In this document: positions 1 through 10,645 of the stretch, one piece after another
Position numbering within the stretch: position 1 is the stretch's first letter
How the letters are laid out: each line of letters opens with the position of its first letter
Source of the DNA: Camelus ferus
Taxonomy: Eukaryota
Assembly (NCBI RefSeq): GCF_009834535.1
Contig: NC_045732.1
Span: 22,506,001 to 22,570,000 of the forward strand
Length of the DNA stretch: 64,000 nt
Direction of reading: 5' to 3'
Translations under genes and position numbers: made by a program
Notes under the pieces: generated by a model
Database searches by the model: none
What the model was told of the DNA's origin: nothing
What the model saw: only the letters and a program-made list of their open reading frames with translations

Positions 1-1820
1 AAGTGGGAGGCATCACATTTCTTGCTTTCAAGCTATACTACAAGGCTATAGTAGTCAAGATAGTATGGTAGTGACAATAAAAACAGACACGTAGGCCAAC
101 TGAACAGAATTGAGAGCCCACAAGTAAACTCATGCAAAGGAGCCAAGAATACTCAATGGAGCAAAGAGTGTATCTTCAATAAATGGTGCTGGAAAATTGG
201 ATATTCACATGTCAAAGAATGGAAGTAGACACCTATCCTACTCCACCCACAAAAATTAACTCGAAATGGATGAAAGATTTCAATGTGACCACAAACCATA
301 AAATTCCTAATAGAGAACATAGGAGAAAAGCTCTTTGACAGGGGTCTTGGAAATGATTTTTTGGGTATGACACCTAAAGCACAAGCAACAAAATAAATCA
401 GACTATGTCAAACTAAAAAGCTTCTGTAGCAACAGAAAACAGTCCACAAAATTAAAAGGCAGCCTACAAAAAAGGGAAAAAATATTTGCAAACCATATGT
501 CTGATAAAGGGTTAACATCCAAAATATATAAAGAACTCATACAACTGAATAGTTGAAAACCAAATAATCCAATTTTAAAAGGAGCAAAGTACCTGCATAA
601 ACATTTTTCCAAAGAAGATAGTTTTTTTTTTTTTTACACAAATAGAAAAATAAGTCCTAAAATTTATATGGAACAACAGAAGACCCCAGACAGCCAAAGC
701 AATCTTGAGAAAGAAGAACAAAGTGGGAGATATCACACTTCACAAGTATATGAAAAGATGTTCAACATCACTAGTCAACAGGGAAATGCAAATCAAAGCT
801 ACTGTGAGATAGTACCTCATGCCTGTTAGAATGGCTAGCATTTAAAAGACAAGAGATAACAAATGCTGGCAAGTATATAGAGAAAATTGAACCTTTGTGC
901 ACTGTTGGTGGGAATGTCAACTGGTACAGCCACTATGGAAAACATGAAGGTTTCTTAAAAAATTCAAAATGTGATTCAGCAATTCCATTTCAGTTGACCC
1001 TTGAACAACACGAGTTTGAACTACACGGGTCCACTTATACTTGGATTTTTTTTCAGTAGTAAATACTAAAGTACTGTATGATCCACAGTTGGCTGGATCC
1101 ACAGATGTGGAACCAGGAATACAGAGGGAGGGCCAACTATAACATTATACACGGATGTTCAACTGCACAGACTGTCAGCACCCCTAACCCCTGCATTGTT
1201 CAAGGCTCAACTCTATATCTGAAGAAAATGAAAACACTTTGTTCAAGAGATATCTACACACTCATGTTTATAGCAGCATTATTAATAGCCAAGACATGGA
1301 AACAACCAAAGTGTCCATCGATGGATGAATGGATTAAGTTGTGGTGTACACATATAGTGGTATATTACTTATCCATATAAAAGGGGGAAATCCTGCCACC
1401 TGTGATGGCATGGATGGACCTTGAGGGCATTATTCTAATAAGTCAGAGACAGACGAATACTGTATGATCTCACTTATACAAATTTGTGGTTACCAGAAGT
1501 AGGGAGTCTGGGGTGGGGGGAATTGGAGGAAGACGGTCAAGAGGTACAAATTTCCAGTTAGAAGATAAATAAGTACTAGGGATGTAACATACAACATGGT
1601 CACTACAGTTAACATGGCTGTGTGGTGTGTATCGGAGGTTTTGAGAGTACATCCTAAGAGCTCACGTCATAAGGAAAAAAATTTTTTGAATCCATGAGAT
1701 GATGGGTATCAATTAACTTTACTGAGGTAGGCATTTCTTGATATATTTAAGTGAAATAATTATGCTATAGACCTTAAATGTATACAGTGCTCTGTCAATT
1801 ATATCTCAGAACTAGAAAAA
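1..1820 (+). mobile_element. Old LINE-1 (ORF2 3' part plus 3' UTR, L1MA/L1MB-like), decayed and interrupted by two nested inserts
   Basis: L1 ORF2 motifs (aaatggtgctggaaaattgg, gggaaatgcaaatcaaa, aaacaaccaaagtgtccatcgatggatgaatgg) and a typical 3' end (gtcaattatatctcagaactagaaaaa); many stops and frameshifts. Confidence 0.9.
991..1213 (+). mobile_element. Tigger2-derived MITE (MER8-like) nested in the L1
   Basis: TIRs cagttgacccttgaacaa (991) and ttgttcaaggctcaactc (ends 1213), TA on the right; L1 sequence resumes on both sides. Confidence 0.85.
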
Positions 1821-1879
1821 GTTTTAAAAGGTTGGGAAGATTAAAAAATCTTTAGCAATTTGATATATAGAAAAGATAT

Positions 1880-2200
1880 TTCATGTCAATCATTTTGCAT
1901 TTGTTTGATTATTAGTGATGCCAATTTCTATAATTCACTTGTAAGTTTTCTGTGAGTTGTCTGTATGTGCCAGATGCTCATTTCCTTCTTTTTAATTTGT
2001 TAAGGTCTGTTTATATACTAAGATCCATAATTTACATTTAAACGTTACACAAATTTCCCTTTTCCCCATTTGCCTTGTACTTTATTTCATAGTTTTTTTT
2101 TTTTGAGGTATGGAAGTTTTAAATTTTCATATAGCCAAACATCAATCTTTTCCTTTATGGTTTCTTTGTTTGCTTTTATGCTTACACCCAAAGGTGTTTC
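1880..2200 (-). mobile_element. Old L1 fragment, antisense
   Basis: T-rich antisense ORF2 motifs (ttttgcatttgtttgattattagtgatg; aagttttaaattttcatatagccaaacatcaatc). Confidence 0.6.
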
Positions 2201-2919
2201 TAAAACCCTGATCTTACCATATCCCTGTATTGATTCAAATCTCCCAGGGGCTCTTGGGGAGAAATCCAGCCTCAGCTGCTGTCACCCTCTAGGCACCTGG
2301 GGTCCAGTCAGGCCAAGCAATTGTCCTTAATACTCTCCACTTAGCACCTTCTGCTGGGGAAGCCAGCCCTCATCCAGCCCCACGGGCTCACTGCCCATCT
2401 CCACCCGCTCTGCCCGCATGTCACTGAGGCCCAGTTTGGCCATGACCACCATCTTTACCCTCTTCTTCCCCTCCTTATATAGCACCTGGTCCCCAGGGGT
2501 CTCAGTAGCAGTTTGTAAAATCAACAAGGACAAGCAAAATCTGAAGTGGCTAGTAGAGAACTGGCTCTCCGGGCCAGTTTAGGATCAGAAGACTGGGCCA
2601 AGCTGCTGGGGGCTGAGGCTCTCCAAGGAGCACCGGCGGCAGCTGGAGCACAGGGCCCAGGCCACGCGGGAGGGTGCTGTGAAGTGGGGAGCGGGGCGCG
2701 TGGGGGCCGAGTGGCCGGCGAAGGGCAGCCAGGGAGACCGGCAGCGCCTGCAGGCCGAAGGCCAGTGTCACGGAAGGGCTCGGCTGTGAGAACAGCAAGC
2801 AGCAGTCACCTGAGGCCTCAAATGAGATGACCCCTCTTACCACCCCGACCTCCTGCATCTCCACGGTGCCCCACGCCGGCCCAGGGCGTGGCCGGCCTTC
2901 TAGTTTCCCAGGCCAGAAA

Positions 2920-3955
2920 CCGGAGTCACTTCATTCCTCTCCCTCCCACCGCCTGCATCCCATCTGTCAGAGACTCGATTGGTTCTACCTTCAAAATGTA
3001 GCTGGACCATAGAGTGCATAATTCCATTTAGATGACATTCTGGAAAAGGCAAAACTTGGGACAGAAAACAGATCTGTTGCCAGAGGCTGGGGGAGGGGGC
3101 GTCCGCAAAGGGTCCTGAGAGAACCAGGCAGCTGACGGAATTCTCTGTTAACTCCATGGTACTGGCCATCACACAACTTTAGGCATTTAGCAAAACTCAC
3201 AGGATTGTACGCTAAAAAGCCAAACTTTAAATTGTACCTCAATAAAACTATGGGAAAAAAACACATACCAGAACTCCGGCCGTTTCTCGCCATCCTAACG
3301 GCCATCGCCCCGGCCCGGGCGCCATCGTCAGTGGGATCTTGACTGTGCCCCCTGCTCCTGCCCTTGCTTCCCTGCAGTCTGCTCCCAGCACAGCGGCCAG
3401 AGGGGTCCCTTTTAAAACCAAAATCAGAGTTGGTTACTCTTGGGCTCAGAACTCCAGAGATAGAGAACCCTCCAGGGCTTTTTCTTCTCCTCAGAGTCAA
3501 GGCCGAAGTTATCACATGGCCAGCCTTCTGTTACTCCTCTGGTGACCGCCTCCTAACCCCTACCCCCCGCCCCTCCTCACCCAGGTGACTCCACTCCCAC
3601 CTCCATGGCCTCCTTGCCCCTCTTGGGGACAGGCCCTGATTTCCATCCGTGTGGTCCCTTCCCTCATCAATTTCAGGGCTCTGCTCAAGTAACATCTCCA
3701 CGAGGCCTTCCCTGAACATCCTACTTAGACCTGCAGCCCCCTGCCCTGCCAGCCACACTCCCAGTGGCTATCCTCTTTTTTCTTGTCCTCACAAACCATA
3801 GTTCCATCTGACAAACCTCATCTTTTTTTGGCTTATTGTGTGATGCCTTGTGCCACGAGGATAGGGATTTTTGTTTTATTTCCTGCTGCCCTTCCAGCAC
3901 CAAGGACATTACCATTTGCCTGGCAAATCAGAGTCAGCAGTTGATTTCTGTGGTT
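2920..3955 (+). mobile_element. LINE-2 3' region, interrupted by an L1 3' end
   Basis: L2 motifs: ctaccttcaaaat, cagcacagcggccagaggggtcccttttaaaaccaaaatcaga, ctctgctcaagtaacatctcc...gaggccttccctga, and a terminal agggatttttgttttatttcctgctg. Confidence 0.7.
3008..3262 (+). mobile_element. L1 (L1MC/L1ME-like) 3' end nested in the L2
   Basis: ataattccatttagatgacattctggaaaaggcaaaact...gttgccagaggctggggg...aattgtacctcaataaaactatgggaaaaaa. Confidence 0.75.
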
Positions 3956-4234
3956 GGAGGAGAGGGCAGCAAGAATGAGTCCCCAGAACCACCAGTGATG
4001 ATAATCTGATGTGTCGACATCTTCCTGCCCCTGAATCTCAACTCAGCTCCTCTCTGGAGACCGTTTGGGGAACCCGGGCTCTAATGCAAGTCTGTGGGGT
4101 GGGGGTGGGGGTGGAAATCCAGCCTTTGAGTAGGGGCTGTCCTCCCTGCCTTTTTTGTTTTTTGGTTTTTTTTGGTTTCTCTGCCACCTTGGATAACTCA
4201 TTGAACAGACGCCTTCTCTCCCATTTCTCTCCAG

Positions 4235-4447
4235 AAGCAGATGTTCCAGGAGAGGAGTAGCCGGATGCTGCAGGCCTTGTCCCCAAAGCAGAGCCCCGTG
4301 AGCAGCCCGACCCGGAGCCGGTCCCCTTCCCGCTCCCCATCGCCCACCTTCTCCTGGCTCCCGAACAAAACCTCACCCCCGTCTTCACCCAAAGCAGCTT
4401 CAGCCTCCATTAGCAGCATGAGCGAGGGGGATGAGGATGAGAAGTAG
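4235..4447 (+). CDS. PCYT1B: Choline-phosphate cytidylyltransferase B, last coding exon (CCT-beta2-type Ser/Pro-rich phosphorylation tail)
   Basis: Polypyrimidine tract and AG at 4233-4234. Translates [70 protein letters not shown], matching the recalled human C-terminus. TAG at 4445-4447; upstream exons are outside the window. Confidence 0.96.
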   Translation, partial: KQMFQERSSRMLQALSPKQSPVSSPTRSRSPSRSPSPTFSWLPNKTSPPSSPKAASASISSMSEGDEDEK

Positions 4448-4620
4448 AAGCTGCTAGTAGACAGGAGCCGCACCACACAGGCCAGGGAGGAAGGCCGGGG
4501 CACTGGGGGTGCCTGGGTGGTGTCAAGGCTAATAGTCACAGGAGCTGCAGCGCAGCAGGGAGACTCTGAGCCCTGCTAAGGGACGGCGTTGGGACCAGCT
4601 CTCCCTCAGTCTCCACTCAG

Positions 4621-4842
4621 CCCAACACTTGGGCTCTGCATGGAGGTTTCCAGCCGGACAGACCTACACGAAACCTGTTATCATCTAGAATCACTCCACC
4701 CTTGCTAAGGAAAGGTGCAGAGCACCCCCAGGAGACTTGCACTGAGCGGGGTGCCCTCCGTCTTGGTTCTCACCCCCACCCCCACCAGGTATGCCGCCTG
4801 TGGAAGTGGCTGTTTCCTCAGCGTGCTCCTTCCAGCTCCTAA
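4621..4842 (+). CDS. PCYT1B: Putative CCT-beta1-type alternative terminal coding segment of PCYT1B (73 aa)
   Basis: Donor CCC|GTGAGC at 4298 and acceptor ctccactcag| at 4620. PNTWALHGGF aligns with the recalled human beta1 end LKSWARCRDF*. The frame is open to TAA at 4840-4842. Confidence 0.4.
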   Translation, partial: PNTWALHGGFQPDRPTRNLLSSRITPPLLRKGAEHPQETCTERGALRLGSHPHPHQVCRLWKWLFPQRAPSSS

Positions 4843-4882
4843 GGGCCTTGCACGTTGCCTCCTGCCACCCAAGCTCTGCCAG

Positions 4883-4888
4883 AATAAA
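4883..4888 (+). terminator. Candidate proximal polyA signal of PCYT1B
   Basis: AATAAA followed by gttgtttcc, about 40 nt after the beta1-type stop. Confidence 0.35.
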
Positions 4889-7800
4889 GTTGTTTCCAGT
4901 AGAGGTGGCAAAGTGCTTCTGAGATAGTTAAAGACAAACGCTAACCTTCTAAGTTTAGCCACTGGGACCTGATGTCACAACATATCAATTCTTTCCAGTT
5001 CCAGGAACGTGGAGCCTAAACGAAGCCTGCTTTAGGCCAGCTACATACAGGGTCACCTAGCGTGCACCTGAACTTCTTATTCAAAGGATAGTTTTGTCAC
5101 GGAGAAGGCCACCTAAGGCCTCCTGTGCTCCTGGCTCTACTCTTTCATCATTGGTTTGACTTCATTGTTTTCCAGAAATTACCTTAATCTATGGGAAATG
5201 CAACAAAACATCCTATATAAATATATATATAAAGGAGCTGCCTTGCTTTGGCTCCAAGTTTAGCAGATGGTAGATGTTTCCTGAAGCTTCTCCTTAAAAG
5301 GATGCTATTACGGAATGGCTTTCCCCATTTCTGACCAGTTAACAGTTTCATAGACCTCAAATAACAGTTTGATGTACCAGACCACATAGTAGACCCCTAG
5401 GGGCGCTACCTGCACGTGTCTGTTCTGTGTATGCGCCCAGCACGCCGCCCAGGGCGCACACTGTATGCGCCACGAATACATGGCGGTGGCGCTTTACACT
5501 CTGCTCCTCTCGCCCTCACACTCCACTAAAATCCTCGGTCTTAAGAACTACCTGGTTCCCTGAGACTTGGGCACTTTGCTCAAAGCTGCTTTGTCCAAAG
5601 CTCAGCCTGCCTTCCGGTAGCAATGTCTTGTCCCAGCCAAGAAGTGAGCACGTTCTCATGGCCTCCCGTCAGCTTTTTGGGTGGAGGGAGGCTCTGAAGA
5701 GTCTCCCAGAGCACGGTGGGAGCCTCGGTATCTGAATGCTACAGGTGGGACTGCAGATCCCCCGGCCCTAGGTTTCAAATGGGACGAAGACGCTAAGCAC
5801 CCCCTCCCCCCGGCTTGTCTCTGCTGTCACTGTCCCCACGTGCGCAAGTGGGCCATGAGCAGGCGGAGGCGAGGTGTAAGGCCTCCCTCTTGGGCAGAAG
5901 AGGCGCTGCCTGGCCGATTCCCAGTGAGGCCAGAGCCCAGCATCCCTTTTGAGAGAAAGTCCTCCGTTTCAGAGGCCTTGGGACCCAGCCTTCTGGGTGA
6001 TGAGTGGGGCAATCAGTGAAGGATGGTGGTGTGTCTTTCCCCCTTGTGCTGGGGTTGAACTACCTCCCTGCCCACCTAGAGATAAGTGGGGTTTGTTGCG
6101 AAGCAAAACCATGAGGCTACGCTGGCTCGGAAACCCCTCGTTCCTGGCACTTTCGCCAGAACTCTGTCGAGCACTCGTGTGGGACAGAGAGCCAGTGGGA
6201 GCATGGTGCGGGAGAAGAAAACTGCTCGTTGCCATCAAGGCCCAGAGCTTTTCTCTGCCGAGAGAGGCAGAGGCCCCATTCGTCCACAGTGCCCACTTCG
6301 GTCTCTCCCGTCCTCTACCGCGGGCACATGGGGACATAGGCCCACCATTTCTGGCAGTTGACACTTGTCACAGTGACAGGGCAAGGAGAGCAGCTGGGCA
6401 AGGCCAGACAGTGAGGACAAGGGAAGCGAAAAGGAGAAAGAGGGGCCTGGAGAGGAAAGGAAGGAAGGAAGGAAGTCTGCACTCTCAAGCCACTTCGGCA
6501 CCTTCCTTTGTAGGGAAACTCTCAGGAATGCCTTTTCTGAGCTTACACCATGGCCCAGAGCAGATGAATCCACTTTACCTGAATCCTGCTCTGGCGCCAA
6601 TAGCTTGGGCTTGACCTATCAGGCAGATGCTAAGTTTGCAGGCCTTACGCATCTTACCCACAGGTGCCGCTTACTCAGATTCAGTGCCATCATAGCTACC
6701 AATTATGGGAAATGACTAATGCCTGGGCTCTTCCAGGGATGGCTGTAACTACCCGCAAGTCCATTCTAAATCTCGCCTGATGTCCCCCTCCCCGACCTCT
6801 AACAGTACCTCCCCATCCTAAGATGACTGTGAAGGAATGGGGTATTCTGTGACCCAACTTTTGATGTTTCCTGGCCATCAGTTTCCCCTTGCCCCTCCTC
6901 CCTTGCCTAGGAGGAGATGGGGTTGCTCTTTGTTTGGGCCTCCAGTCAATAGCCAAGAGCGGGTTAAGGCTGGAATGAGATGTGGATAAAGTGTGATGCA
7001 AGCTCTGAGAGGTAAGCACAAGTGAGAAAAAGCAAGGCAAGATTCTTCTGCTCTAGAAAGGGAAGGAAGCTCCAGACTGAGGGTGAGAGAAGAGCAATTT
7101 AGGTTGTGGAAGGAGGCAGGTCACAAGAAGGTGGGCAGAAGTGAGAGAGGGGTTCCTTTCCGCTTCCTTACCACTCACCTAACAGGTGAAGGTAGCAGAC
7201 TTCATTTCGCAGATACCCAAGGTTAGGAGGTACCCGTGCAGGATGTGGGTTCCCCCTGCCCAGCTTCCCCATTTTGCCACTTCTCCCTCCTGGGGACCCT
7301 AAAGTCAAATGGTCACCAGCTAACAACATGGGGCAGCTGTCATGTCATAGTCACATTTGAGTGGCTCAGATCCGGCAAGCCAGCTCCCGTGGGCCAGGAC
7401 TTAACAAAGGCAAAGGAAACCAACCTCAAGAGGAGTGATCCTGAGACCTAAGTCCGCCTTCTGACCTGCTCTGCAGGGAAGAGACACAGCTGTGGGATGG
7501 CCAGCTCGCTCCAAGCCTTAGGCTGTAGTCACTGAGAGCCCATCCTTGGAGGGAGGGATGGGAGGAGCGTGGGTTTGTTCTCTCCATCTTCCGGACGTAT
7601 CTTAGCCCCCTGGACATGCCCTAGGGAGAGACGCGAGATGGCCTCATAGACTCAGCTGAATCAGATGAGCCCAAAAGGAACAGAGATGTTCCTGTTCCTC
7701 AGGCATCTGTTCAGCACTAGTCTCGACCATCAGATTTTTCTTTCTCTTTTCTTTTTTTTTCTTTTTTAAAGAATGAGCTCATGAGGCATTTGCAACTTCT

Positions 7801-8085
7801 ACTCTCTAGACTTGAGTTTTTTGTTGTGTCACTGCGATGCGTCCCGGGACAAAGCCATAAGAAGAGCATACATACTTAAAACTATGCTGTACATATAAGA
7901 CAAAAAGGCGATGACTCGTCTAGGTTAAAGCACGACCTTATGCCCAAGCGTTTGCTCTGGTGCTGAAAAACGCGAACTTTGGAATCAGCCCCCAACCCTA
8001 CCCACCCCCAACCCTGCTCCTCCCCTCCCCGTTCCAAACCCACTCCTGCTCCCCAACAGAACACAGCATTCCCAACTTGTTTATA

Positions 8086-8091
8086 AATAAA
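8086..8091 (+). terminator. Candidate distal polyA signal of PCYT1B
   Basis: AATAAA with a GU/U-rich downstream tract (gcgtgtttctg...gctgtgtgttctgtttgt). Confidence 0.5.
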
Positions 8092-8344
8092 GGGATGCAG
8101 AATTGCACTTTTGCCTGGCGTGTTTCTGAAAAGCGTGCTGCTGTGTGTTCTGTTTGTAGCTCAACTTCGCGGCGGAAATGGATGAGTGTAGCCGCTGCCC
8201 CGGCTCCGCCCAGTGCTTCAGAAGGATGGGACGCCACGCTGTGCAGCACCGGGCCAAGCCTGGACGTGCCCAAGGGCTCACAGCCGACTTACAAGCTGGT
8301 TAGGAGCAGACTCACCTAGAGGGGAAGTCACGGAGGAAGCCCAG

Positions 8345-8475
8345 TCCGGGCCCTGAGCTGTGGGCTCCACAGCTAACTTGCTTTCTGACCTTGACCAAAC
8401 CACTTCACTCCTGGCCTCAGTGCCTGCTTTTGTAAAATCAGGGGCTTGGAGGAAACCGTTTCTGAGGTCTCCTTG
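8345..8475 (+). mobile_element. MIR-family SINE fragment
   Basis: ctaacttgctttctgaccttgaccaaaccacttcactcctggcctcagt...tgtaaaat core. Confidence 0.65.
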
Positions 8476-8958
8476 CCGGTAAAGGTCTTTGAATTTATGA
8501 GGCAGCCTGCATGGCCCCTAAACTTCTCCAGCTAGGATGCTGTCACTGAGCGACCATGGGAAGGCGCTTACCCCGGGGTGGAGAGGTGGCCTGAGGCATC
8601 CACAGGTCACAGCGTCGGCGGCCGGACTGACGCCTCCACCTCCACTGGCTCCCGGCGTCTCCACACCGCTTCTATCTAGTCTCCTGGAGGAATGCTTTTC
8701 ACCTGGACCTAAGCGTTGGGGCGTGGCTATTTCAACCACTTTTCCATCTTTGGGGAAAGCTCTTTTGATCAGCTGGAAGCAGATAGATGGGGGTGGAGGC
8801 GCTAACTCAGGATCCCGAATGTCAACAATTAAGGCAGATGTTAATGTTCTGAGAATTGTGCTCCACTAGGTGAATTTAGTTGCTTCTATTGACTCCACCT
8901 GGAGAGGTCTAGCTCTTTGAAACAACAACAGTTCTAACATTGCCTAGGCCCCAGAAGA

Positions 8959-8964
8959 AATAAA
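8959..8964 (+). terminator. Alternative distal polyA signal candidate of PCYT1B
   Basis: AATAAA, but the downstream element is weak. Confidence 0.3.
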
Positions 8965-9262
8965 GCCTGGCCTGCAGGCAGCAAGGGAATTCATTTAAAA
9001 ACAAAATAACTATTATTCGTAGACCATATCACTTGGCTTTGCCACACAGATCAAACACATTCTTGACAGGTTGTATTTCGAGTAACGGGTACAGGTTTCT
9101 TCTTGACTTCCTTGATCCCCCAGAATGTTCTCAAGGGAAAATCAGTTCTAAGGCATAATAAAACTCACGTGTGAGAGCTCTAATATTGGCCCCCAAAGAG
9201 GATTAGGCTTTGTTAGTAAGCAGAACCCCTGGCATTAAAAGGTTCACTAGCAATAATATTTA

Positions 9263-9283
9263 CACACACACGCACACACGCAC
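9263..9283. repeat. Imperfect (CA)n microsatellite
   Basis: acacacacacgcacacacgca. Confidence 0.7.
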
Positions 9284-10188
9284 GGTCCTCTTGTACTGGA
9301 GTCCTCATTGGCCATTGGAGTTGACTGTTTAAGCAACCTCTCCAAGTATTCAGCACAGCCTATTAGACAAAAAGACTCGTACAGAGATGCTTTTCAGCCA
9401 GAGTGACAATTCATAAGCACCAATGTAAACCCAGTGATCAAATTCTTTAAAAAAAAAATGAACTAAAAACCAATCAATAACCAGTAAAATCTGAAAACAT
9501 CATTAAAAGCATAAATATCCACGGGTGCTAAGTGGTTGTTAAATGCTTGGCCCTTCTGTACTAACATAACTTACATTCAAGAAAACACACCATACTGGTT
9601 GCATGTCAGCTGCAGTTGACCACGTGTGGGAAACTTGAGGAGAAATGTTCAGAGTAGGGTTGACTTGTCTGGTATAAGCGATTTTTATTCCCCTTGCCTT
9701 CACTGTTTTCTTGCGGGGCAGGAAAAGGAATTGATCTGCAAGATTACTGTGCTCTATTCATAAAAGCAGAGTTCTAATGGAGGGGTTAGACAAAATTTAA
9801 ATATTTGACATTTGATATGTAACCTTCCGTTTTAAAAGTTAATGAATCCATACCTGGAAAAGCTGGGATACTCTACCCTTTCCACAGGGAGCTTTCAACT
9901 CCTTATACTTGCAAATGAACTTGTCACTCTACAGTTTCTAAGTTCAAAGAAAACCTGTCATCTTCTGCCATGCACATGGCAGGACAGGACTCACTACATA
10001 GCTTGAGGAGACAACCAGACTTGCTTGTCTGATAATCATGTTCCACTGGACGGATGCTAACAAGATGCCATTTACTGGCCTGACCACACAAACCGACATG
10101 GACACAACTGAGTCACTGATTCTTTTCCGATTTTTCTCCATGTCTGGTACCCAGGGATTAATGATACATGAAAGAAGATGAAGAGGTG

Positions 10189-10645
10189 TGTACTGGTTTC
10201 CTCTTGCTGAAACAAATTCAGTGGCGTAAAACAAAACAGATGTATTATTTTACAGTTCTGGAGGTCAGAAGTCAAAAATGGATCTTACTGAGCTACTGTT
10301 AAGGTTTTGGCATTCCTGTCTGGAGGCTCTAGGGGAGACTCTGTTTTCTTGCATTTTAGCCTGCATTCCTTAGCTTGTGGCCCCCTTCCGACTTCAAAGC
10401 TGGCAATGGCCAGTCTGGTCTTCCTCACATCACATCCCATCACTTGGACACTTCTGCTGCCTCTCTCTTCTCAGTATAAGGGCCCTTATGATTATACTGG
10501 GCCCACTTGGATCATCCAGGACCCTCCCCCTATTTTAAGGTCACCAGCAACTTTAATTCCTTCTTGCCATGTAATAGAACACATTCCCAGGTTCTGAGGA
10601 TTGGGATGTGGACATCTTTGGGCAGCCATAATTCTGTCTACCACA
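10189..10645 (-). mobile_element. MaLR solo LTR (MLT1C/D-like)
   Basis: TG...CA termini; ttacagttctggaggtcagaagtc, gttctgaggattgggatgtggacatctttggg, ataattctgtctaccaca; near-perfect 5-bp TSD aggtg/aagtg. Confidence 0.88.

Larger units (their letters stand above)
4448..8985 (+). other. PCYT1B: PCYT1B long 3' UTR (3' end uncertain)
   Basis: Follows the stop codon, is poor in repeats, and has candidate polyA signals at 4883, 8086 and 8959. Confidence 0.55.

Noticed and set aside
403-612. 69-aa ORF (-) resembling database 'hypothetical proteins'
   Set aside because: Antisense translation of L1 ORF2.
2991-3515. 174-aa ORF (-)
   Set aside because: Spans an L2/L1 nested junction; a chance ORF across repeats.
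5949-6614. 221-aa ORF (+), the longest in the track, and overlapping ORFs
   Set aside because: Lies in the GC-rich PCYT1B 3' UTR, depends on non-ATG starts, has no recognisable domain, and several frames are open at once, as expected by chance.
10095-10120. Bov-A/Bov-tA-like fragment (ggacacaactgagtcact)
   Set aside because: Match is under 20 nt with no flanking similarity; other SINEs indicate a camelid, not a ruminant.
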